NCBI RefSeq assembly: GCF_964355755.1
Contig: NC_092670.1
Location: 40,288,388-40,352,387, forward strand
Origin: Antedon mediterranea
Taxonomy: Eukaryota > Animalia > Echinodermata
DNA length: 64,000 bases
Direction of reading: 5' to 3'
Shown here: positions 52,310 to 63,874 of the stretch, one piece after another
Numbering within the stretch: the first letter of the stretch is position 1
Layout: each line of letters starts with the position of its first letter
Program-made: the position numbers and the translations under genes
Notes under the pieces: generated by a model
The model's database searches: none
What the model was told of the DNA's origin: nothing
What the model saw: the letters and a program-made list of their open reading frames with translations, nothing else

Positions 52310-53215
52310 ACAAACTCCATTTTAGAGTACAAACACTTTTGGCTAACATAACTGTCTTGATGCTATATTAGTCAATCTATCTCAAATGATTTGTGATCAA
52401 TATCTTGGAGGAATTACGAACGTCATGCACCTTACACAACATTTTTTTTATGCAACAGTTGTGTTGGTCATTTGTTATCCACAATACCAATAGTTGATTT
52501 AAGAATAAGATAAGAAAATAACTTAATATATAAATATCCATATAAATAATATCCAAACACATTTGAAATAAAATCAAATGTATTCTTGATTATCATGATT
52601 TTAGTTATGCTGCCCTCTATGCAGAAAATTGCTTCGCCAAACATAATGCCCATCAATATTAAAGTAAGTAAATTAATAAAACAAAGTCAAGGCTGTCATA
52701 TCTGTGCAGAGCTGACAGGAGTTCAATAAAGAAACTCAAATGTACATCCTCATATAAAATAAAGGAATAACGTGTGCGATCCGATGTTATCTAATGAATG
52801 TAGAAAATAATTTTTAAAAATCAAACCAAACTTGTAAATGACATCAACAATTAATGTTGGATTTACTTTAAAAAACTATTAGAATTAAACAATCTACACA
52901 CATACTACCAAGAAAGTGCATATATGTTCACTAAATACCAAGTTATTAGGGAAAAAATGCTATTTCCTACACACATTTTGCATATTTTCCGTATTATTCT
53001 TAACTATACACTTGACTATATGGACAACATGGGGACAATTAGTAAAAAGAGACTGTACATGGAAATTAGTAGTTAAGTAGTTACATAGCTTATCATTCTG
53101 TCCTGTTAGTAATTACTAAAGTGTTTAATCTCATTCACGAACCAGTTTACAAATAAAAAATAATAAAAACCTCAAATATCCACTTCTGTCTTGAACAAAT
53201 TACTAAGTGTTTCAT
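52310..53215 (+). repeat. ~0.9-kb tandem duplication of intergenic spacer
   Basis: Restarts at caaactccattttagagtacaaac and repeats ~51418-52295 with a few percent divergence. Confidence 0.75.
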
Positions 53216-53552
53216 CTCAACACGAATCAATTAGTAGTTAGGAAAATCCAATCCTGTCTTATGTTTTCACAAAAAGAGTTTCATCTCATTCACGAATCAA
53301 TTACCTAAACAAATTATCAAAAATATTCAAACAAACTTATACGATATTCAAATATTGTTCAGCATAATGCAATTTGTAACATTCAGATTACAAAACCTTT
53401 TAGTTGAATAGTTTTGGTTAGAAAACATCTGGGTTGTTCTCCAAATAATCTCCATAAAAGAGAGGTGTTCCAACATTGCATTGTCAGATAGATTCATCGT
53501 TCAGCTGAAGTGTAGAGAACATTGAACATACAGTTGTAAGTATTACATTTCT

Positions 53553-54549
53553 TGTTCTTTTTTTGTCTTTTGTGAGATTCACTCACAATTATTTCATTCC
53601 TTACAATTGTTACAATAATCTATATCAACATTCATTGTCAACAACTTTTGTTTCAGTAGAAAACTTTCTCTGCAGCTAAGTTTTGTACATGTTTTTGTTA
53701 TTTTGAGTATTTTACATAAATAAAAAAGTTAAAGTATTTGCCATTAGAACATCACAAAATAAAATATACTAATATACCACCAGTAAATAAAACTGGTAGG
53801 GTAAAAACAATACTAGAACACTAGTATTGTGTCGGAATCATATTTATTATATTGTTATTATTTAACAATTGTGTGACATTTTTAAATTGCTAAAATACTA
53901 TTTTTTACTTTTTCCCATTTTTTTATGCTTTTCTCTCTTATAAACTATATCACATTCTATTCTGAATAGAATTCCTTGTTTAAAAGATTTCCATAAATTA
54001 AAATAACTTTTATTTGTAACATCAGCCAGTATCTTTTTGTTTATAAACCGTGAAAGCAGCAAAGGTATAAAATCAGTAAGAATATTTCTTGTTCCAATTA
54101 CCAGATTTTGAAAAGACATGTTTTATGATTGGTACCTTTAAAACAATCTCTATTTTTGTCCAAAAACCTTCAATAAATTTACAAGAAAAAAACATATGCT
54201 CCTCATCTTGTACCTCTCCACATCTACCACATATTATTAGTATCCTTTAGTTTCCATATAAACAACCTTTTGTTGGTTGCTAAAATTCTATTTAAAAATT
54301 TGTAATTAAATTGTATTAATTTTTTATTTTTCATTTTACAAACATTAGATAACCAACATGGCTTCCAATCAATCTTCAAATTATCAAAATATTTTTCCTA
54401 TTTTCTTTGACAAACCGGAGGGACAAAAATGTCCTCCACAAAAACAGATATAAATACTCTTTGTTGTAATGTCCTTATATCTATTCTTAACGATATTTTC
54501 TGTTATATTATAATAACAATTATTCTCGTATTTGATTATAGTTTTACAT
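53553..54549 (-). mobile_element. L1/Tx1-like LINE 3' fragment copy
   Basis: Same element, flanked by the ~12-bp target duplication AGTATTACATTT. Confidence 0.75.
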
Positions 54550-54692
54550 AGTATTACATTTATATTGGTACATTGAAAACTAAAAATTTTAAAATGCGAA
54601 AAATACACTGGAATATGTTGTTACTTTCTAAAGCTTGTGATTGGTTAAAATCAGTATTCTCTTGAAAAGATAATGAATTGGAAAATAACAAT

Positions 54693-55182
54693 AAGTGCCT
54701 AAATGGACATGCACCACCCTATTTATCAACTCAATTTATATTTACTGAAGAGAGTCACAATAAAGGTACACGAAGTCAAAGTAACAACACTTTGATAATA
54801 CCTAAACGGAATAATACACAAGGTAAAAGAACTTTTAATTACAGATCTACAAAATTATGGAACTTTCTACCTAACAAAATAAAAAATGATCTTTATGATA
54901 TGACAGTATCAACTTTCAAATCACAAAATTCAAAACTAAATCTAATTAATGCTCAATGATTAAAACTTCTTTTATCTTGTTGAAAAATCTCAATTATTTC
55001 TGTTTTTACCTTTAAATGTGCTTACTTTAATTGTGTTAATTTGATTTTGACAATTTTAGGTTTAATTTTATATTTTCTTTTGTCAATTTATATGCTGTAT
55101 TTTATTTACTGAACCACTTTGGAAATCAGTACATTGTATTGAAAGTGTATTTTAGAATAAAGAAAGACTAAATAAATAAATA
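54693..55182 (+). mobile_element. Duplicated copy of the CR1/L2 fragment
   Basis: Same truncation point, site and TSD as 45688-46179. Confidence 0.78.
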
Positions 55183-55826
55183 AACAATGATATTTCTCTT
55201 GTATGTAACAATGATGGATATCATTTAATTAACAGTACCATTCACTTGGGCTTTAAAAAAAACCATATTATTATCTCAAACGTGAGTTTAAAACAAAACA
55301 AATATTAATATTTTTATCGTTCACATTTTGACTCTCGTCCTGTTGTTATTACCAAAAACAATACAATTTTTAATAATTTTAACCGTTTTATGCATTTCAT
55401 CGTATTTTAACTTTTAACTTCCAAATTGTATTTACTTTTTGAACTTCAACTTTTTAAGCTTTATATGCATTTTAACTTCTAAATTGTATCTTTTTAAGTT
55501 TTGTGCAATAATGTGAGTGTATTCTATTTTTTAATGTTTGTTTATATTTTATATATATATCTGTTTTTAATTGTACTAATAAATATTTGCCAATCTTTAA
55601 GAAGAATGATAATGGACAAATACAGATATTCAGTATTCAGTCTGCCAAAATATGCCTAACTTTCTAAAAAAATACAATTTTGTGTTTTATCAAATTATGA
55701 TAGAAAATAAAGGAAAATTCTCATCAACTATCTTCAATTTAAGATATAAGAATTGCTATAACATTTGTTGTTTGCTCTTCTGTTGTCAGTTATATTTTGT
55801 GAAAGAGCTTTCAAGTGTGATACAGA

Positions 55827-58800
55827 ATGGATTGCAGAATGTTAGTAATTGGCTGTATGTTGGTTGTGATGGCTGCTGCCTGCTGCCCAGAAGATGATTG
55901 TGGATGCCCTTCTAGACGTAAGTAGCATGACTCTATACAGCTGGTAAGAAACGGGTCAGAAGAGTAGAAATGTATCTTAAAGAAAATGTGTCATTAAGTG
56001 GACAATTTTTGTAGCTGTCCTATAAACCTAATTATATTAAATCTTACCTCTTACACTTTTTTTTAACGTTTAAAGCACTTAATTGGACCTACAGTAGTAA
56101 AGAGACTATCTTGTATAATTTATTTAAATTAAATGATACTACTAAACAATGAGGAAGAAAACAAACAAAATTAAGGAGTACAAAGTTGGCCAAAGCATAA
56201 AAGTACCAAACTAAAGAATGTTAGATATTTTTAGTTTAAAGAATTGGATAACATTTGTATATATTATATAGATAAGTGTTTTATGAGAGATTGTGGAGAC
56301 ATTTTGGAAAATGATCCTGCTGCTCGAAGTGGTGCTTATGTGATAGAGCCAACTGATGGAAGACCAAAGTTTATAGTCTACTGTGACATGAGGAAAGATG
56401 GCGGATGGACAGTAAGTAATATTAATAAGCAATGAAAAGTTAAAAGGCAAAGATTTCTTTTCTTTTCATCTATAATTATACTTAACTATTAAACTATAAT
56501 TTTGATCAAGGTCACAAGATAAATTGTACACAGCTGTTTTGTAAAGTTTCTTTGTTTTCCAGGTTATACAACGAAGAGAGGATGGTTCAGAAAAGTTCTA
56601 CCGCAATTGGGCCAACTCCAAAAAGGGTTTTGGAAATGTCTACTCAGAGTTCTGGCTTGGTAACGAAAACATCAACCGTATAACATTTGATGGACATTTT
56701 GAGCTCTTAGTAGAAATGACTGACCACTTGGATGTAAGGAAGTTTGCAAGATATTCTCACTTTCTTATTGATACTGAGGATTCTAACTATGCTTTGACAA
56801 TCGGTGGATACACAGGAACTGCAGGTTAGTACATTCAATCAAATTTTACACTAAAAATCCATTTCAAGTAAACAAAGAACTATTACAGTACTATTTTTCT
56901 TTGTAGACCAGCTACACCTTTGTACCTTGCAATAGAAATAGACTAACACACTGTGTGCTTTTTTGTTGCATTTATCACTTTATATAATAACTGAATATAA
57001 TACTGAGTTAAAAGATAAGAACATTGATGGGAATTAAATGGTTTAAACAAGCTTACAGCCCAGGAAATTCAACATACCATAAGAATCCTATGTTGTATCT
57101 AATTATGTACCAGCATGTATAAACGTTTTTTATCATACTCTTTCATTTTCATTGTTGTATCTAATTTTGTACCAGCATGTATAAACGTTTTTTAACATAC
57201 TCTTTCATTTACAAATCAGTACATTTGTATTGAAAGTTTACTTGAGTTAAAAGAAAGAATAATTAAGATACAGAAGATAGAAAATAACATAAAATTACAA
57301 ATGAAATATTTAAAAATATTTTTATTCTTTCATTTTCATTAATGTTTTAACATTCCCAATGTATTACTGTTTTAGTAATGTCAAGTTTATCATTGTATTT
57401 TCATAGTTGTATTTTATGTTGTATGTAATATGATTAAATGTGAGTCATCCCTATTAAATGTGAGTCATCCCTATTAAATGTGAGTCATCCCTATTAAATG
57501 TGGGTCATCCCTATTAAATGTGGGTCATCCCTATTAAATGTGAGTCATCCCTATTAAATGTGAGTCATCCCTATTAAATGTGAGTCATCCCTATTAAATG
57601 TGAGTCATCCCTATTAAATGTGGGTCATCCCCATTAAATGTGAGTCATCCCTATTAAATGTGAGTCATCCCTATTAAATGTGGGTCATCCCTATTAAATG
57701 TGGGTCATCCCTATTAAATGTGAGTCATCCCTATTAAATGTGGGTCATCCCCATTAAATGTGAGTCATCCCTATTAAATGTGAGTCATCCCTATTAAATG
57801 TGAGTCATCCCTATTAAATGTGGGTCATCCCTATTAAATGTGAGTCATCCCTATTAAATGTGAGTCATCCCTATTAAATGTGAGTCATCCCTATTAAATG
57901 TGAGTCATCCCTATTAAATGTGGGTCATCCCCATTAAATGTGAGTCATCCCTATTAAATGTGGGTCATCCCTATTAAATGTGAGTCATCCCTATTAAATG
58001 TGAGTCATCCCTATTAAATGTGAGTCATCCCTATTAAATGTGAGTCATCCCTATTAAATGTGAGTCATCCCTATTAAATGTGAGTCATCCCTATTAAATG
58101 TGAGTCATCCCTATTAAATGTGAGTCATCCCTATTAAATGTGAGTCATCCCTATTAAATGTGGGTCATCCCTATTAAATGTGAGTCATCCCTATTAAATG
58201 TGGGTCATCCCTATTAAATGTGAGTCATCCCTATTAAATGTGAGTCATCCCTATTAAATGTGAGTCATCCCTATTAAATGTGAGTCATCCCTATTAAATG
58301 TGAGTCATCCCTATTAAATGTGAGTCATCCCTATTAAATGTGAGTCATCCCTATTAAATGTGAGTCATCCCTATTAAATGTGAGTCATCCCTATTAAATG
58401 TGAGTCATCCCTATTAAATGTGAGTCATCCCTATTAAATGTGAGTCATCCCTATTAAATGTGAGTCATCCCTATTAAATGTGGGTCATCCCTATTAAATG
58501 TGAGTCATCCCTATTAAATGTGAGTCATCCCTATTAAATGTGAGTCATCCCTATTAAATGTGAGTCATCCCTATTAAATGTGAGTCATCCCTATTAAATG
58601 TGGGTCATCCCCTATTAAATGTGAGTCATCCCTATTAAATGTGAGTCATCCCTATTAAATGTGGGTCATCCCCTATTAAATGTGGGTCATCCCTATTAAA
58701 TGTGAGTCATCCCTATTAAATGTGAGTCATCCCTATTAAATGTGGGTCATCCCTATTAAATGTGGGTCATCCCTATTAAATGTGGGTCATCCCCTAAAAA

Positions 58801-59379
58801 GAAAAAAAAAGAATAATAATAAGCAAACATTGAATGACCAACAAAATATCATAATATAGTAAAATATATAACCATATGTATAATGTATAGAATAATTATA
58901 AGAAGCCTAATAACAAGAACACTAGATTTGAAAAAATTGTTATGATTTAAAACAAAATTAAAATCTCCTAAAACAGGATTTAAATGTAAAAACATAATTA
59001 ATCAAAACACTTATTGTGTATATTGTATCATTTTACATCGCATATACAGTATTCATTTTCTACATTCTATTAAACAAACTGTTTGTATGCTGTAAACTTA
59101 AAGATGATATAATATTTGGTTTGTGTAGGTGATTCTTTAGCATATGCCAATGGTGGACAATTTTCAACGTACGATAGAGACAATGATGTGGATTCAACAC
59201 TTAACTGTGCTGACCACCACAAAGGTGCTTGGTGGTACAATGCCTGTGCTTATTCAAACCTGAATGGGCTTTACCTTACACCAGGATCTTCTTCTAATAC
59301 TGGCATAGTTTGGTATCATTTCAAGAACAAGTGGGAAAGTCTCAAGAAGACAGTGATGATGGTTAAAAGAGCACCATAA
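55827..59379 (+). CDS. FReD lectin, copy G7, 247 aa; exons 55827-55917, 56272-56411, 56563-56824, 59129-59379
   Basis: Canonical splice sites and open frame; exon 3 carries unusual substitutions (GSEKF, WANSKKGFG). Confidence 0.9.
57433..58794. repeat. 20-bp minisatellite, ~68 copies, G7 intron 3
   Basis: Mixed GAG/GGG variants, GAG dominant. Confidence 0.95.
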
Positions 59380-61401
59380 GAGAGTTTTCATTATCACTAG
59401 TAATTTGACTTATGAATATACAAAATGGAAAATATTTAATTTTTTTTCAAGATGTAGTGAGGTCAACAATCCTGTTTGCCTATCCTTTTTAGTGTTATAT
59501 TAATTAATTTAATTTAATAATGAAAACTTGAATTTGGTGCAATTTTCATAACTTTTTGTCTCTGAAAAACAAATTTATAAATGTTTTAACATATGAAAAT
59601 AAATTTAATTTGAACTGTAATTTTCTTAAATTATTATTAATCACATACAGTACCTATTTATATTTTGTTCATCATAATTTATTAATATTATATAATTTTA
59701 ATATTATATTATCAGAATTGTTAAAAATCATGTATTATTGATACTAATTTTACATAATAATTAATAAAACTATATCTGCAGATGATACTTATAGATAAAC
59801 TTGTGATACGATACAATTACACACACATCAGAAATCTTCTGAAAACTAAATACTGTAACCACTGACAAAAAAACATACTATTTGCTCGCTGAAAACCATA
59901 CAATAGTGACCAAAAACATATTAAGCATATTTTTGGACGAGATGGGCATCATTGGCAGGAACAAAACTGTACTGTATTGTTGAAAGAATTAAAATTAATT
60001 AAACTACAATGAAATGTGTATGATCTATTAATTATATCTCTTATTTTATTGGTCTTAAGAATATTGTACAGGAAACAGCTACTAGATACTAAGCAACAAT
60101 AAGGTTTATGGGTTTACACTTCCAAGCCAATATTGTACTTTTACAACAAAAAAACACCAACAAATGCAACTCCATTTTAGAGTACAAACTAACAAGAGGC
60201 TAACATAACTCAGTGTCTTGATGCTATATTAGTCAATCTATACCAAATGATTTGTGATCAATGATCTTGGAGGAATTACGAACGTCATGCACCTTACACA
60301 ACATTTTCTTTATTTATGCAACAGTTGTGTTGGTATAAAATCAAATGTTGTATTCTTGATATATCATGATTTTAGTTATGCTGCCCTCTATGCAGAAAAT
60401 TGCTTCGCCAAACATAATGCCCATAAATATTAAAGTAAGTGAATCAATAAAACAAAGTCAAGGCTGTCATATCTGTGCAGAGCTGACAGGAAACTCAATG
60501 TACATCCTCATCTAAAATAAAGGAATAACGTGTGCGATCCGATGAATCTAATCTAATGAATGTAGAAAATAATTAAAAAATCAAACCAATTGTAAATGAC
60601 ATCAACAATTAATGTTGAATCTACTTTAAAAAACTATTAGAATTAAACAATCTATACACATACTACTAAGTATGTGCATATATGTTCACTAAATACCAAG
60701 TTATTAGGGAAAAAATGCTATTTCCTACACACATTTTGCATATTTTCCGTATTATTCATAACTATACACTTGACTATATGGACAACATGGGGACAGAGAC
60801 TTGTAGAAAGAGACTGTGCCTGGAAATTAGTAGTTAAGTAGTTACATAGCTTATCATTCTGTCCTGTTAGTAATTACTAAAGTGTTTAATCTCATTCACG
60901 AACCAGTTTACAAATAAAAAATAATAAAAATCACAAATATTCACTTCTGTCTTGAACAATAGCAAATACTAAGTGTTTCATCTCAACACGAATCAATTAG
61001 AAGTTAGGAAAATCCAATCCTGTCTTATGTTTTCACAAAAAGAGTTCATCTCATTCACGAATCAATTAGTAGTTAGGAAAATCGGGAAAATCCTATCCTG
61101 TCTTATGTTTTCACAAAAAGAGTTTCATCTCATTCACGAATCAATTAGCTAAACAAATTATCAAAAATATTCAAACAAACTTATACGATATTCAAATATT
61201 GTTCAGCATAATGCAATTTGTAACATTCAGATTACAAAACCTTTTAGTTGAATAGTTTTGGTTAGAAAACATCTGGGTTGTTCTCCAAACAATCTCCATA
61301 AAAGAGATGTGTTCCAACATTGCATTGTCAGATAGATTCATCGTTCAGCTAAAGTGTAGAGAACATTGAACATACAATTGTAAGTACAGTATTACATTTC
61401 T

Positions 61402-62457
61402 TGTTTTTTTTTTGTCTTTTGTGAGATTCACTCACATTTATTTCATTCCTTACAATTGTTACAATAATCTATATCAACATTCATTGTCAACAACTTTTGT
61501 TTCAGTAGAAAACTTTCTCTGCAGCTAAGTTTTGTTCATGTTTCTGTTATTTTGAGTATTTTACATAAATAAAAAAGTTAAAGTATTTAGAAAATAGACT
61601 AAAGTTCTATCAAAATATACATCACTTAATATAGATTCACTATTGCCATTAGAACATCACAAAATAAAATATACTAATATACCAACAGTAAATAAAAGTG
61701 GTAGGGTAAAAACAATACTAGAACACTAGTATTGTGTCGGAATCATATTTATTATATTGTTATTATTTAACAATTGTGTGACATTTTTAAATTTCTAAAA
61801 TAATATTTTTTACTTTTTCCCATTTTTTTATGCTTTTCTCTCTTATAAAATATATCACATTCTATTCTGAATAGAATTCCTTGTTTAAAAGATTTCCATA
61901 AATTAAAATAACTTTTATTTGTAACATCAGCCAGTATCTTTTTGTTTATAAACCGTGAAAGCAGCAAAGGTATATATGAAATCAGTAAGAATATTTCTTG
62001 TTCCAATTACCAGATTTTGAAAAGACATGTTTTATGATTGGTACCTTTAAAACAATCTCTATTTTTGTCCAAAAACCTTCAATAAATTTACAAGTAAAAA
62101 ACATATGCTCCTCATCTTGTACCTCTCCAGATCTACCACATATTATTAGTATCCTTTAGTTTCCATATAAACAACCTTTTGTTGGTTGCTAAAATTCTAT
62201 TTAAAAATTTGTAATTAAATTGTATTAATTTTTTATTTTTCATTTTACAAACATTAGATAACCAACATGGCTTCCAATCAATCTTCAAATTATCAAAATA
62301 TTTTTCCTATTTTCTTTGACAAACCGGAGGGACAAAAATGTCCTCCACAAAACAGATATAAATACTCTTTGTTATAATGTCCTTATATATATTCTTAACA
62401 ATATTTTCTGTTATATTATAATAACAATTATTCTCGTATTTGATTATAGTTTTACAT
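61402..62457 (-). mobile_element. L1/Tx1-like LINE 3' fragment copy
   Basis: Same element at the equivalent position; flanks AGTATTACATTTCT / AGCATTACATTTCT. Confidence 0.75.
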
Positions 62458-62618
62458 AGCATTACATTTCTATTGGTAGGGTACATTAATTAAGTCTATT
62501 GACAACTTAAAATTTTAAAAAGGCGAAAAATACACTAGAATTTCTGTGACTTTCTAAAGCTTGTGATTGGTTAAAATCAGTATTCTCTTGAAAAGATAAT
62601 GAATTGGAAAATAACAAT

Positions 62619-63132
62619 AAGTGCCTAAATGGACATGCACCACCCTATTTATCAACTCAATTTATATTTACTGAAGAGAGTCACAATAAAGGTACACGAA
62701 GTCAAAGTAACAACACTTTGATAATACCTAAATGGAATAATACACAAGGTAAAAGAACTTTTAATTACAGATCTACAATATTATGGAACTTTCTACCTAA
62801 CAAAATAAAAAATGATCTTTATGATATGACAGTATCAACTTTCAAATCACAAAATTCAAAACTAAATCTAATTAATGCTCAATGATTAAAACTTCTTTTA
62901 TCTTGTTTAAAAATCTCAATTATTTCTGTTTTTACCTTTAAATGTGCTTACTTTAATCATGGAGCTATAAATGTATAGCTCCATGCTTTAATTGTGTTAA
63001 TTTGATTTTGACAATATTAGGTTTAATTTTATATTTTCTTTTGTCAATTTATATGCTGTATTTTATTTACTGAAATCAGTACATTGTATTGAAAGTGTAT
63101 TTTAGAATAAAGAAAGACTAAATAAATAAATA
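62619..63132 (+). mobile_element. Duplicated copy of the CR1/L2 fragment, carrying a 28-bp hairpin insertion
   Basis: Same truncation point, site and TSD as 45688-46179. Confidence 0.78.
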
Positions 63133-63783
63133 AACAATGATATTTCTCTTGTATGTAACAATGATGGATATCATTTAATTAACAGTACCATTCACTTGGG
63201 CTTTGAAAAAACCAATATTATAAGGCTTATCTCAAACGTGAGTTTAAAACAAAACAAATATTAATATTTTTATCGTTCACATTTTGATTCTCATCCTGTT
63301 GTTATTACCACAAAAACAATAAAATTTTAAATAATTTTAATCGTTTTATGCATTTCATCGTATTTTAACTTTTAACTTCCAAATTGTATCTACTTTTTGA
63401 ACTTCAACTTTTTAAGCTTTATATGCATTTTAACTTCTAAATTGTATCTTTTTAAGTTTTTGTGCAATAATGTGAGTGTATTCTATTTTTTAATGTTTGT
63501 TTATATTTTATATATATCTGTTTTTAATTGTACTAATAAATATTTGCCAATCTTTAAGAAGAATGATAATGGACAAATACAGCTATTCAGTATTCAGTCT
63601 GCCAAAATATGCCTAACTTTCTAAAAAAAATAAAATTTTGTGTTTTATCAAATTATGATAGAAAATAAAGGAAAATTCCCATCAACTATCTTCAATTTAA
63701 GATATAAGAATTGCTACAACATTTGTTGTTTGCTCTTCTGTTGTCAGTTATATTGTGTGAGGAGCTTTCAAGTGTGATACAGA

Positions 63784-63874
63784 ATGGACTGCAGAATGTT
63801 AGTAATTGGCTGTATGTTGGTTGTGATGGCTGCTGCCTGCTGCCCAGAAGATGATTGTGGATGCCCTTCTAGAA
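63784..63874 (+). CDS. First coding exon (signal peptide plus Cys linker) of an eighth FReD copy G8, running off the window
   Basis: [30 protein letters not shown] followed by the GTAAGT donor, as in G1-G7. Confidence 0.85.

Noticed and set aside
30605-58794. Regular 20-bp repeats as a CRISPR array
   Set aside because: Units are contiguous with no unique spacers, lie inside spliceosomal introns, and no cas genes are present.
2472-59379. One giant gene with Dscam-like mutually exclusive exons
   Set aside because: Each unit has its own ATG and signal exon, stop codon and 3' flank, so they are separate genes. Cross-unit splicing is frame-compatible but unsupported by sequence alone.
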